Origin: Camelus ferus
Lineage: Eukaryota
Assembly (NCBI RefSeq): GCF_009834535.1
Contig: NC_045697.1
Coordinates: 97,900,001-97,964,000 of the forward strand
Direction of reading: 5' to 3'
DNA: 64,000 bases
In this document: positions 12,619 through 24,175 of the stretch, piece by piece
How positions within the stretch are numbered: position 1 is the first letter of the stretch
How the letters are laid out: each line of letters opens with the position of its first letter
The notes under the pieces: model-generated
Databases searched by the model: none
What the model was told of the DNA's origin: nothing
Seen by the model: the letters and a program-made list of their open reading frames with translations, nothing else
Made by a program: the position numbers and the translations under genes

Positions 12619-13559
12619 AAAACTGTATCAGAGAATTCCATGCTTTCCATGGGAGTGTTCTTTAAATTATCTTAAATAATTTTTCTTACTTTATTCCCCT
12701 AATTCCTTAAACAAAATTCTTTTTCTCTTCCTAGAAGAGCCACTTTTCATCCATTGTGAATGATGAAGAGTGGGAAAAAAAAGAAAAATTTACTCTTTGT
12801 ATTTGTATAGAGCCAAAAATAAATTCAAATATTTATAGCATTGACATTTTTTATATTAAACCATTAGAGTCAAATGTATGATACCTTTACTTGTAAGACA
12901 ATAACTCTATTAGCAATAGGTCATGTAAGGTAGATTTTGTGTAATGTTTTCATTTGGACAAAAAATAAATTTTCAAAGTTAAGATTAACTTTAAAAATTA
13001 TAGCACCAGAGGAATATCTCTCAAAAAAAAAATTACAAACCATCCTAGAGATGATAGTTGGTGGGTGTTCAATACCGTAGATCAGATGTAATCTAAGTTG
13101 GAAGAGAGGGGTAAACATGCTAAGGATAGACAAGAATAAAGTTCCTGGAAAAAAGATTTCCCTCCTTTGTTGATTACATATTCTGGTAATTATTTTCTCT
13201 TTCAATAATATGTGCAGGGCCTACTGCAGTTTACAAATACTTCTGGCAGTGTGAACTAATTAGGCAAAATAGAAGAAGAATAGGAATGTAACAAAATAAA
13301 TTCTTTTTTTTACTATTGAAAGAATTCTATTTAGAAGTTTTAGGGGAGGGTAAGATTTGAAATGGTGATAAGGTTCAGCGTTCACATTCTGTGTGGCTGT
13401 CACTGGTCTGTGCCATCTCCCTTACACAGGGTAAAGACCGAAGTCTTGAACATCGCCCAATAAGCTCTCTACAACTGCTCTTCTCCGGAGGTGCATTATG
13501 TACTTTGTCCTGTGTTCTAGTTGCTCTGGTCTTGAATTTATATTCTTAAACAAACCTTG

Positions 13560-13912
13560 CTTCTTACTGGCTCAGGGCCTCTATCACACAGTCCACCTTG
13601 CCTGTAACGCTCTCCATCCTCCCTCCACGTTACCTGGTTCGTGAGCACCCAGCCTTCCATATCAGTCATACTACATCCTTAGGAAAGCCTTCCCCAACCT
13701 CCTAGACCAGACCATATCTGGGTATGCTGCCTTCTAGCACCCAAGACTTACCCTAATTCTTAACAATCCACTTGAATGATTATGAAAAAATACACTGTGC
13801 CCTCAACTTCACGAAGCAGAGGCAGTACCAACTGCTAGCACGGTCTCCCCAGCACCCATCATACTGCTTGGCATAGGGAAGGTGCCTAGTGAATTTCTGT
13901 TTAATCAATAAT
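13560..13912 (+). mobile_element. L2 3' fragment
   Basis: ggaaagccttcccc...ctccccagcacccatcatactgcttggcatagggaaggtgcctagtgaatttctgttt, L2 tail-like. Confidence 0.55.
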
Positions 13913-15344
13913 TAAATTTTGATTTTAACACATTGAGTAACAAATTCTGAAAGGAACACAGCAATGGGGGAGTAAGAAGAAAACAGAAGTTTAAGGCAGA
14001 ATTCAGAACATGAAATAAATTTGTACATTGTGTTTAGACTTTAGGAAATAGAATACAGAACGATAATAATGACATGTTGTTCTATAATTATAATGTTAAT
14101 TACTTTGACAAAAGTAAGATTAGTTTCTCTTATTTTTAAGAAAAACTAGAATGAGAGGAAAGTAACCGGCTTGCTCACACATTTCTTAGGGTTATACTCA
14201 TTTATACTTACTAACTTATTTCATTACAGCTGGAGGGTATTTCAATTTTTGTAATAATTTAACCTGAATTAACACCTTTGAAATCTTGTTTCATGTCTTT
14301 TGGAGATTAATAAATCTTCAAAGCTAAAATTTTAAAGGGTATTGAAACCTAATTATATTTTATTTCTGAATTCTTTCAAACATCAAAAATTTTAAGATCA
14401 TAGTTTTTAGTTAATGCCTGCTGGTGACCAGGTGTTTTTAAGCTTAAGACTATAAAAACAAAAAGTGGCTATGAAGACCTGACCTTCAAAGTCAGATTTC
14501 TAGAGTCTGCAAATACAATTTGTAGGGCATGTGGGGGCAAAAACAACAGTATAGTTATCCATGACCTGCCCACCTATCCCAGGATCCATCATCTCAATTT
14601 TTTATAAATTAGATATAGCTTAAAAATTAAAGTAGAAAATTACTAGATGTAGTTCAGTTGCAAAAGTCTTTTGTGAACCTAAATCAGCATGTTTAAGAAC
14701 CTAATGTTAGTGTTTAAAAATTATTAGCCATTATATATTATCTAATTTTTCCTACACATTTTCCTTAAATATATTTCCAGTCATATTCATTCATTTAAAA
14801 GTAAGTATATCTACATATCATATGGTTTGTATTTCTTTTCAAATTTGCTTAAATTTAACAGGTGCAAAAGTTATTAGTTTCCTTTTTCACTCTTTTCCCA
14901 AAATATGTCATCCGGAATAAGTGCTATTTAATCTCCCATGTCTACTTCAAAGAGAAATTTGGTCATCAAAAATATAGATTTTCTTCTGCTCTCCAGTTCA
15001 GACCATTAGATTTGTTTTCAAATTAGTATTCTGAAAAAGATAGCTTATGAAGAATATAGGAACGTAAATGTCTTTTCATGGGAAGAGATCATGGTAGGTC
15101 ATTTGCTCATTTCCTCTATTCAAGACCCACCTACCAACATGGAGTGCGGAGCAGGGTGGGGTGGAGGTTGGGGAGAAAGAGAGAAGGAACAAGAGTGGAC
15201 AGAGACTGAAACTCCCCAGCTTTCTCACAATCTGGAGGTAGGACATTTCACAGAATTCCGCAGAATCTAATGGATTGCTTACATTTAGAGGTGATACAAA
15301 CTGCTTCTAAAAAAAGTTTATCTTGAAACCTAATGATGAAAGTT

Positions 15345-15960
15345 ATTTGTTTATTTATTGAATTTATTAATCTAAACATTAACTGAGTACCTATTATGCT
15401 TTAGTCAGTAAAAGACAGTAAAAAATTAACTGCAAATCCAGGGAAAGAAAGTTACCAAGCAAATCAGTTACAATGGTGTACAACGAGTTCCACAAAGAGG
15501 TGTGCCCCGGATGATGAAGATGGTCAGGAGTCAGGTCCTGAGCCAGCTGGGGGAAAGTTTCTGGAAGAGATGACTTTTGAACCCAATCCTGAACATTGGG
15601 TAGAATTGTGCGATGCTGGGCATGAGAGACAGAAACAGGGAGCAGAGGAATATCGTTCCTGTAGGAATCTGCAGTGTGTCAGGTGAAACAATGGCAACTT
15701 TCCTCAACCACTAAGAAGACATTTACTATTGTGGCAGCAAATATGGAAGTGGTCATTCGTAGCTGGAGAAAGTAACGTGGCAGATTATGGAAAGCCCTGC
15801 ATGTTATACGGAAGTGTGGACTTTACCCACCCAGAAAGACATAAATGTGAAACCATTGAGGATATTTATCATATTTGTGTTTTAGAAAGAACGCGCTGGG
15901 AAAACTCTTGCAGGCTGAATTAGAGTTAGACAAGAGATGAGACTTTAGTTAAGAGGCAGG
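15345..15960 (-). mobile_element. Degenerate L2 fragment
   Basis: ttattgaatttatt...aacattaactgagtacctattatg followed by a purine-rich body, matching the reverse complement of L2. Confidence 0.5.
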
Positions 15961-16170
15961 AAAAAAGACTAAGTAGCCAAATGCTTCAGAGTACAGGACA
16001 GATGGGTAGGCCACGAGGAAGAAGAATATCTACAGTGTTTGATGAATCTGCCACCACTTTCAGGAAATTGCTGTTAAGTGGGATACTTCAACAAATTCAC
16101 AGAATCAGTGATAGAAAAACCCAATCACTAAAACCAAAGCCTTCAACTTAATAGAATGTATATCGCTTTA

Positions 16171-16225
16171 AAAACACACACACACACATCATGACTTTTA
16201 TTAGGTAAGCTATCAAATGTTTATT
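16171..16225 (-). terminator. SLC7A11: Distal polyadenylation signals of SLC7A11 with GU-rich downstream element
   Basis: Minus-strand AATAAA at 16220-16225 and 16197-16202, followed by a (TG)n/TTTT tract at ~16171-16188. Confidence 0.7.
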
Positions 16226-19200
16226 TCATTTCCATTTAAAATATTTCAACTAAAAATATGTACAAAAATACATACACAAAGGTTGAAGCAACTAGAAGCG
16301 TGACAGGAATATATATACATAAACACAATTGAAATTAAATTCAATGCAACATTGAGTGACATCATATTGCACCAAAATTTATTCCATACAAAAACACATG
16401 CATCAAGAGTTTCCATCAGATGAAAGCACACTTATTTCATAGTATCTTACCACTTACACAAATAGCCCATAAACACCATCTGGCAGTGTGATTGCTGTAC
16501 CAGAACTCTCCCCAGAGGCAAATCATTAATCTGTAGAAAAATCCATTTTATTTCATGTATCACATGCTGGCAGAGGCATCAGTGCCAGAGAACCCTAAGA
16601 AACACAGCACGATCCACAAATGAAAGTCCCTTTGCACCATTTATATTTTCATAGTTAAATATCTTAGTACCTCTAATATGGTTGGGCTAAAGATGAAGAA
16701 AAGGAATTTGGGTTTTTAAGAATTTATCAATCTGAGACATTGTATAAAATTTGTATGAAAGACGCACAATCCCCTTTACCAAGTTTCCTTATCACAGTGC
16801 CAGGAGGAAGAAATGCCACCACAGATGAGGACAATTTAGGACATTAAGGCTCACTCTCCCTCAGCTGGACTTCTTGTTGCATTTTATAGCACAAGGCCAA
16901 ACCCACCTCTCCCCTCACTCCTCAATCTGGGGAATGGTACAAGGTCATGACAGATGCATTCCAGATCCAAGTGAAGGGATAGAGCTGGTCTATAAATTAA
17001 CCTCTAAGCACAGATCAAAGAGACAGCTGCGAGCACGGCCCTCCAGAATAACCTACTACTTTCCCACTGGGCTAAATTCATTCCATCGGTGCAAATTACT
17101 GATGCTTGTCACAGACTAAGAAAGACATTTAAATACATTCACATATAGTTCCTAACACTATGTTGACACAGACGTACCAATACATACGGAGTTTTCTATT
17201 CCTTGATAGTTGAAAAAGAAATGATTCTTACCAGGTCAAATTGTAACCCAAAGCTCACTAAACCCATTTTTATAGAGTCAATACAGATAAACACACAATA
17301 AAACAACATGAAAGATTCATCGTGAGATGAACTCGGAGTCAACAACTGCAAACCATCCCTACCAGTGCATCACTACCATCTAATCAGCCCTATGATAAGT
17401 AAAAATCAAGCTCTAGGAAACCCAGAGTCAAGTCTTTGTCAGAAAACTAGGACAAATTCAATTCACGAAGCATTCAATACACGAAGCTACTTGTCTTTCC
17501 TCTTTCTTTGACTTATTATAAAACCACAGGTAGTTAACATTTAGCATCAGCGAAAAATTCTATGTTTGTTCGCTAGTTTGTCAAAAAAGAAGACACCGTA
17601 TTACACGGTAATAAGCAATTTTTTTTAAACTTCTGATGCTTATGTTCACAAAGTTCCCAAAATGCTGACAGGTACTACTGAAAATTCATTACTATTGTGC
17701 TACAATTCATCTACAAAAGGATAGAAATTTGGGGCAAATGCCTGTGTTCAAACTAACCAAGAATAAAGTGATACGTCACTCTCTTAACTTAGATAATGTC
17801 AAAAGACGAACCCTGTTTTCAAACTGTAAGTATCAATAGTTAAATTCTAAATTTATAGCAGCAGTAATAACATTCACAAGGGAAAACTATTAAGTAAAAA
17901 AGTTCTCCAAGAAGAGAATCAAAATAATCTGGGATGACTTAAAATTTTTAGAGGGTTCTTGTGGTTTACATGATAACCATAGCACTATAGAGCAATTTAA
18001 AAGAGCAATTTAAAAGTGCTATGTGGTAGTGTTTGAAATCATTAATATACACAGTAGTTTAACGTAGATCATTTCTATTTTGTTATAAGCATACACTCAT
18101 TTTAAACAATCTGTGTTCTATTTCTCCAATGTATTTTTACTTTATATTACAATAGCCAGTAAGCAGAAAATTCGAATGCAGGAGAAATGCTAGGGAAAAA
18201 AATAATTCAGAAATCCTTTAAAATAAATCAGTTTAAACCTAGAACCAGGGAACCACATCGCATTGGCCCCTGGTGCAACACGAATGTGCTTCCGAGCATG
18301 CACAGAAGAATGTTACTCAGTAGGAGTAAGTGAGGTCTCACTTCACAAACCCTCATTTAAGTCAGGCCCCTCACAACCCAACCAGTTATATAGCTGTAAC
18401 ATCCAAAGCACTAATCTGTTTTCCCACAAGATGCTGTGCAAAACATCCTGCTGCACAAAGTACTCTGAACACAGTCACTGCTGCAAAAGAGATTACTGTG
18501 CATTAGTTTTTAGTTTTTTTGGTTTTTTTCCTTTCTTTCTCTTCAGCATTCAACATGGCCTTTAGAGGCTTCAACAAGAGGTAATAAGGACTCAGGAGGC
18601 AAGTCTTCCAACGAAGAAATTAACTCACTTGAAAGTCATACTTTTAAAAATAAAATCAGTAGTGTATATGTTGAGGGAAAAAAAGTATATTCACTTTAAA
18701 ACCAGTGTATCCATCTGTATGGCTCCAGATACCTAATGCGCCAGTTTCTTGAGAGAACTGCTATCTATAAAACTGCTAAGGCAGTTATTGATACTCCAAA
18801 TGTACCCTTGATCCAAGTAGCCAAAATACACACATGTAACAGATAACTGGAGACTGTCACCATCCTCCAGTGATATTTTAAAGCCAATGATAATAGAGAG
18901 AAGGAGGAGGGAATTCCCAAGGAAGTGATCCAAGTGATAGTTTCACACTACGAATATCAGGTAATTATATCAAATTAAGACTCATTTCTATCTTGAAAAT
19001 GTAATTGCATAAATTTATACAGGTAGCTGTATAAATTTAAATTTAGACTCACTCCTATCTTGAAAATATCATGTCAAAAAATAAAAGACAAAACAAAGGG
19101 AATCGCTGATTCATTCAAAAAACAGAAATGGTTCAAAAAGATCAAGTTAATATCCTGATGAGGACGTAGAGAAAGACAGTATCTCACAACATATGGAAAA

Positions 19201-22200
19201 CTGGAGAACTTTCTGTGAGACCACATTGTACACCTTCGTGAATTTGTATCAGATCTAAAAACAGACCAAGTATTTCTTTTTAGACTCCAAATAATTTGAA
19301 AATGCAACAAAAAGAAGGATTATCTCCCCAGATTGGCTATTAAAATATTGTTTTAAGTACAGTACTAATAATACATACAGGTTACAATTTTAGGTTTTAA
19401 ATATATTGGGATAAAGTGAAAATACTATATGGGAAATTTAACCTAAAATACATTTATAAGTAATAATTGTTTTACCTATATATAAATAATGTAAACAGAA
19501 GCTGTCACGATGACTCATTATCTACTCTAATTTGTATCCGCTGTGGGCTTCTTGTCAGTTGCACAATGCCATGCTTTTATTCCTGACTTTGAATGGTTAG
19601 GAAAGTAGAATGTAACTTTGTAAACATCATCAGCACTGACATAAAGCATATCACATAGGGTAAAATGGAGCAAGGTTTTATTTAAGTAAAATCAAATTTC
19701 TGGACTCATCTGCATTCGAACCCCAAATCTCTCTATATTTCTTTCCAGACTTAAAAAAAAAAAAAAGCTACAATTAAATTCCCATTCTTTGTTTATCTAT
19801 CATTCAGAACTGACACATCAAATGTCAACAGAGACACTTTCTCCTTATATATCACATATAATAAATATTATGAGAAAGTTACTTATATAGAAAGATTTCA
19901 GTTAACTCACTACTTTATTACTTGAATATATATCCTACAAATCCCCCATGCTTATTTCTAAAAGAAAAAGTAATGGGGGTACTTTGATCTTTCTCACCGG
20001 GACAGATGCAGATTTTATAGGGTCAGAAGTATATATAATTTTGCTAATCTACTTTAGGAAAATTAATACAAAATTCCTAATGCAAAATTAAGTACAGGAC
20101 CAGGGAAGGGGCATCTGTAAGTGAGGGGCACTGAAGCTTACATTTCATTAGTTTCTCAGGATAGCCACCTGTGTACAGCAGACCGTTTTTTAATACTTCT
20201 CTATCTATATTGCATTATAAACTAGACAAAAATATTGCTACCTCTAATCATATACTACCTTTCATTTCCAGCTACTCTGGACTTCAGTTTTCTGTCTTTT
20301 CATAATCTATGCTTCAATTATAAGAAATCAAATATTGGTCAAAGATGCTCCCTTTATCAGTCTGTATTACATTCATCTCAAATAGAGGTAAATGAATGAG
20401 TTTCCTGAAGACTGATTACAGTTCAACATAGAATTCCATTGAGTTATATAATTGTACTCTTGTTAACCATCTGTTGATATGTCAAATAGCAATTGGGAAA
20501 ACAACCGTATCAGACACGAAGGACAATCTGGAAATTTGTTTCAATGTACTTATTTTAGTGTTAGAGAAACTACCACAAATTGCTAATGGAACCTAATAAT
20601 CTGTCCTAATTTTGTGCTTGCAGGGGCCGAGGAGACACAGTACAAGCAGACACGCATATGTGTGCGTACACACATCTAACGTTTATGTTTGGTACCAGAG
20701 TTCAACATCTTTCCTAGGACAAATCTTTAATCTCCTAAAGAAAGACAAGAACAGGGTCTACTTCCAGCTGACCAGGACACCATTTATAACAGTTTTCTTC
20801 TTGTGATCAAAGAAAACTCTCAGAAAAATAATCTAATACCTTTAAAAAGGGGTCAAAAACATTTACTGAAATATTCACAATTGTGTAAGGAGAATCACTC
20901 CATTTTTTACATTAAACTGTTACAGCTTTGTAAGTCTTTACTAGATCTACTTAATTCATAATTAAATACTTGAGAATCTATGTACCAAAAAGCAGAACAT
21001 TTGAAAATAGTATTCTACTTGTCTTGAATTATATTGGCCACTTTTATCATTTGTGTTATAATAAATTCATAAAATGTCTTTAAACATTTGAATAGGCACA
21101 CTGGTACAAACATATCACATGTAGTAGTTCAATATATGAAAAAATATATATGAGAAAAAATTTTCTAAATATATGAGAAAAAAGTTACTTAGTATAAAAA
21201 TACACATATGTGTAAAAATGTGCAGGAAAGTTTTCAAACTGGAATCTGCTTGACATAATACCATTCCAAATAAATGTTATGAGTATCAGTTTGGTGATTA
21301 CATAAACCCTGTATCTTGTCATTATGTAACCCAAAAATAAGTTGAAATGGAACTTAATCCTCACCACTTAAAAAAAAATTATTGACTGACTTTCCATCTG
21401 GTTAAAGTAGTATTACAATGGCATTACAAATTTAACAATGTAAAAATCATTCTAAAAATGATGAAAATAATAAGGAATATGTAACCTAGTGAGCTTGTAT
21501 AGTGATATATTTAAAGAGAAATTAAAACCAAAACTAAACAAATAAATAAAATGAGGAGACCTATTTGCCACTTTGATATAAGCACATTAACCTCTGGAGT
21601 AAGCAAGAACTATACACACTTCTCCATGAGACTTCACCTTTTTTTTTTTTTTTTTTTTCATTAGAAAAGAAAAAAACTCCAGAAGAGTGTGCTGATTTAG
21701 ATTATATAGGCTTAGACTATAAAAAATAGGAATATAAAGGAAATCTATTTTTACCTCTAGCAACAAATTCATTTAGTGGAGACAGATATATACAAGTGGA
21801 TATATGAAGTATAGATTACAGATCAAATTTTGAAAACCCTATGAAAACCCAAGGTAGAAGAAAAAGGAAGGAATTTTTATGAGTTCACTTAAAGAGCCAG
21901 AGGTAAGGTTTGGCTGAAAAATTTTCAATCTTGGATATATAATAAATTGAAATTAACTAAATTGAATTTTGAAATTGAAATTAATGAATTGAAAATTAAT
22001 GAATTGGAATTGACTCAAATTATCATCATTTCTACTTTGATCAATTGTTTATGAACTCTACATCTGCTCTTAATGATTTTAATCAGTGTAATTCTTCCGA
22101 AAATTCTTCTTTTTCAAATAGACAAAAATTAAAGGATGAAAAATACTCTGGCTATAATTAACTATTTAATATGACATTTATGTAAATAATAGTTAACAAA

Positions 22201-23629
22201 TTTCATCATTATATTATTCTTATTTGGAAATTCCACAATATTTTCTAAGCCTAACATAATAATACCCATCTGAATACACACACTTCATGCAGAGTTTCTC
22301 CTTCTTTCAGTGAACTTGTTATCAGTTACCTCTTTTACAATTTGAATGATAATTAAGGTGAGGCAATTACTGACAAAACCTAGATACAGTAGTGGTAAAA
22401 TTTTTAGAAACAGTTGTAAATCTTACTTAGCAGTGACATTTCTTCCTTAACTTTTATGTAAATACATGCCTTTTCCTAACTGATATGGACAGTATTATCC
22501 AGAGATATTTTAACACAGTATAAAATGTATAAAGAAAATGTACAAACTGTCAAAATTCATCACCATGCAAAAATAGCTATGAAACTAAAAAACTGTTCAG
22601 AATTACTAACATTGCATATAGAACTACAGAGCTAGGCATAATATGTTGAGGATTCTGTTTCTTGGTGATTTTCTGTCTTATATTGATATTATAACTTGAA
22701 AACTTTTAAATGCACATATTTAGATACATTTACCAACGGGTAAATTATTAGTGAAACCACTGAATTGTGCTTAAGAGGCTTTAATTCCAGATTGACTATT
22801 GCTTTGCTCTCAAAAAGGTGTTATACATCCTTTCCTGATCAAATCAGTGGCTGTGAAATCAAAAGAGCACGTAACCACAGAGGTTTCTGATGATGAGTGA
22901 ACAAAACCTAACATAAATTCTCAAAAACTTGTTTACTTAAACATAATTCCTGGATTTTCCTCATCAACAATAGCCCCTAGAAACTTGGCTTTAATATATA
23001 TTTATTAAAATTTAGCATACCCTCTCTGTTCTTCGTTCAAAATTCTCTGGGTATAATAATATTAAAAGATGAGTAGTATCTAAGTTGATATCTGTGGGAA
23101 ACAATGGAATGTCAATGTAAAACAAATTTCTTTCTTTCCTCTGTCTGTAATGATGACATACACTTTTTTTCCGCATAAGAAGAGAAAACACTTTTCACAG
23201 TACAGTTATCTACAGTATATAAAAATTGTTTCTACAAAACCCATATATACAGAAAACATCTCAGTCTTCAGTTTGAAGGTTCTTAGCCGTAAGACATTTA
23301 CAGAGAAAGATCCCTAAAGTAATTGTCCATTCTCTAGTCTTTTTCCCTGACCTCATCTGGTAGGTATCAGGGACTCAAAAATCATGTGAACTTGTGGTAT
23401 AACTGCCTATCAGCATTCTATAACTACACAGAGTTAAAACTAAATTTCTTAGAAACCAGCTAGTTTGAATACACTAGAAGACAGAAATAACTAATTTAGT
23501 CCATTCCCAAAGTTGCAATCCTCTGGATTTTCATAAAATGGAGTGAAGTTCCATTTTATTTTGTTTGTTTCAGCTCTTTGGGCAGAAACAAGGCCAAGGA
23601 GAGATTGCCAAGATTTCAAATGCATTAAT
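16200..23629 (-). other. SLC7A11: SLC7A11 long 3'UTR (~7.4 kb)
   Basis: Very AT-rich, nearly transposon-free stretch running from the stop codon to tandem AATAAA signals. SLC7A11 is known to have a multi-kb 3'UTR. The exact 3' end is inferred. Confidence 0.8.
16560..16594 (-). CDS. SLC7A11: Putative alternative terminal coding segment (xCTb-like acceptor inside the 3'UTR)
   Basis: gtgctgtgtttcttag|GGTTCTCTGGCACTGATGCCTCTGCCAGCATGTGA; joined to exon 11 it reads GFSGTDASASM*. AATAAA follows at 16547-16552. Usage is not demonstrated. Confidence 0.4.
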
Positions 23630-23697
23630 TCATAATTTTTGGCAATCTTCTTCTGGTACAACTTCCAGTATTATTTGTAATGTTCTGGTTATCTTGT
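23630..23697 (-). CDS. SLC7A11: SLC7A11 terminal coding exon (exon 12 equivalent), 68 coding nt including TGA
   Basis: ttttttgtag|AC AAG ATA ACC...TGC CAA AAA TTA TGA; with the G from exon 11 it reads DKITRTLQIILEVVPEEDCQKL*. Confidence 0.96.
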
Positions 23698-24175
23698 CTA
23701 CAAAAAAATAAAGAAGAGAAATTAAAAATGCATAGAAATCAGAAATGTACAAAAAAACAGCAAAATGTGAATTATCTGGGGTTGAATACTGAAAACACGC
23801 AACTGCCTACTTCATAGAGCACTTTCAAGAATTATTTATTTCATTAGAACCCTATCATGTTCAATTAATGTATTTGTCACTTCTATACTTCCCATGATGG
23901 CTTCTCAGCAAGAATACATTAATATTTTGTATTCAAATAAGGACTTTTATTCATGAACCAGGGGGGACTGAAAATATTTTGAGACAATAGGACCAAGATA
24001 TAAATAAATGTTCAAAAATACACTTCATATTCAGTCTAAAATTGGTTTGTTGCTTTTGCACCTAGAAGAATCAGAAGGATCACAATGTACTTTCTAGTCT
24101 CAAATGGGTAGTGTATTGAGCAAAACATCTTATCTCCTAGGGCCTTGTTTGCTTCATCTGCAGCAGGAGGGACTC

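Noticed and set aside
17976..18026. Short tandem duplication (agagcaatttaaa x2) inside a 9-bp inverted repeat
   Set aside because: Too short and AT-rich to separate from ordinary slippage.
21945..22015. Degenerate aaattga tandem repeats in the 3'UTR
   Set aside because: Low-complexity slippage repeat without unique spacers.
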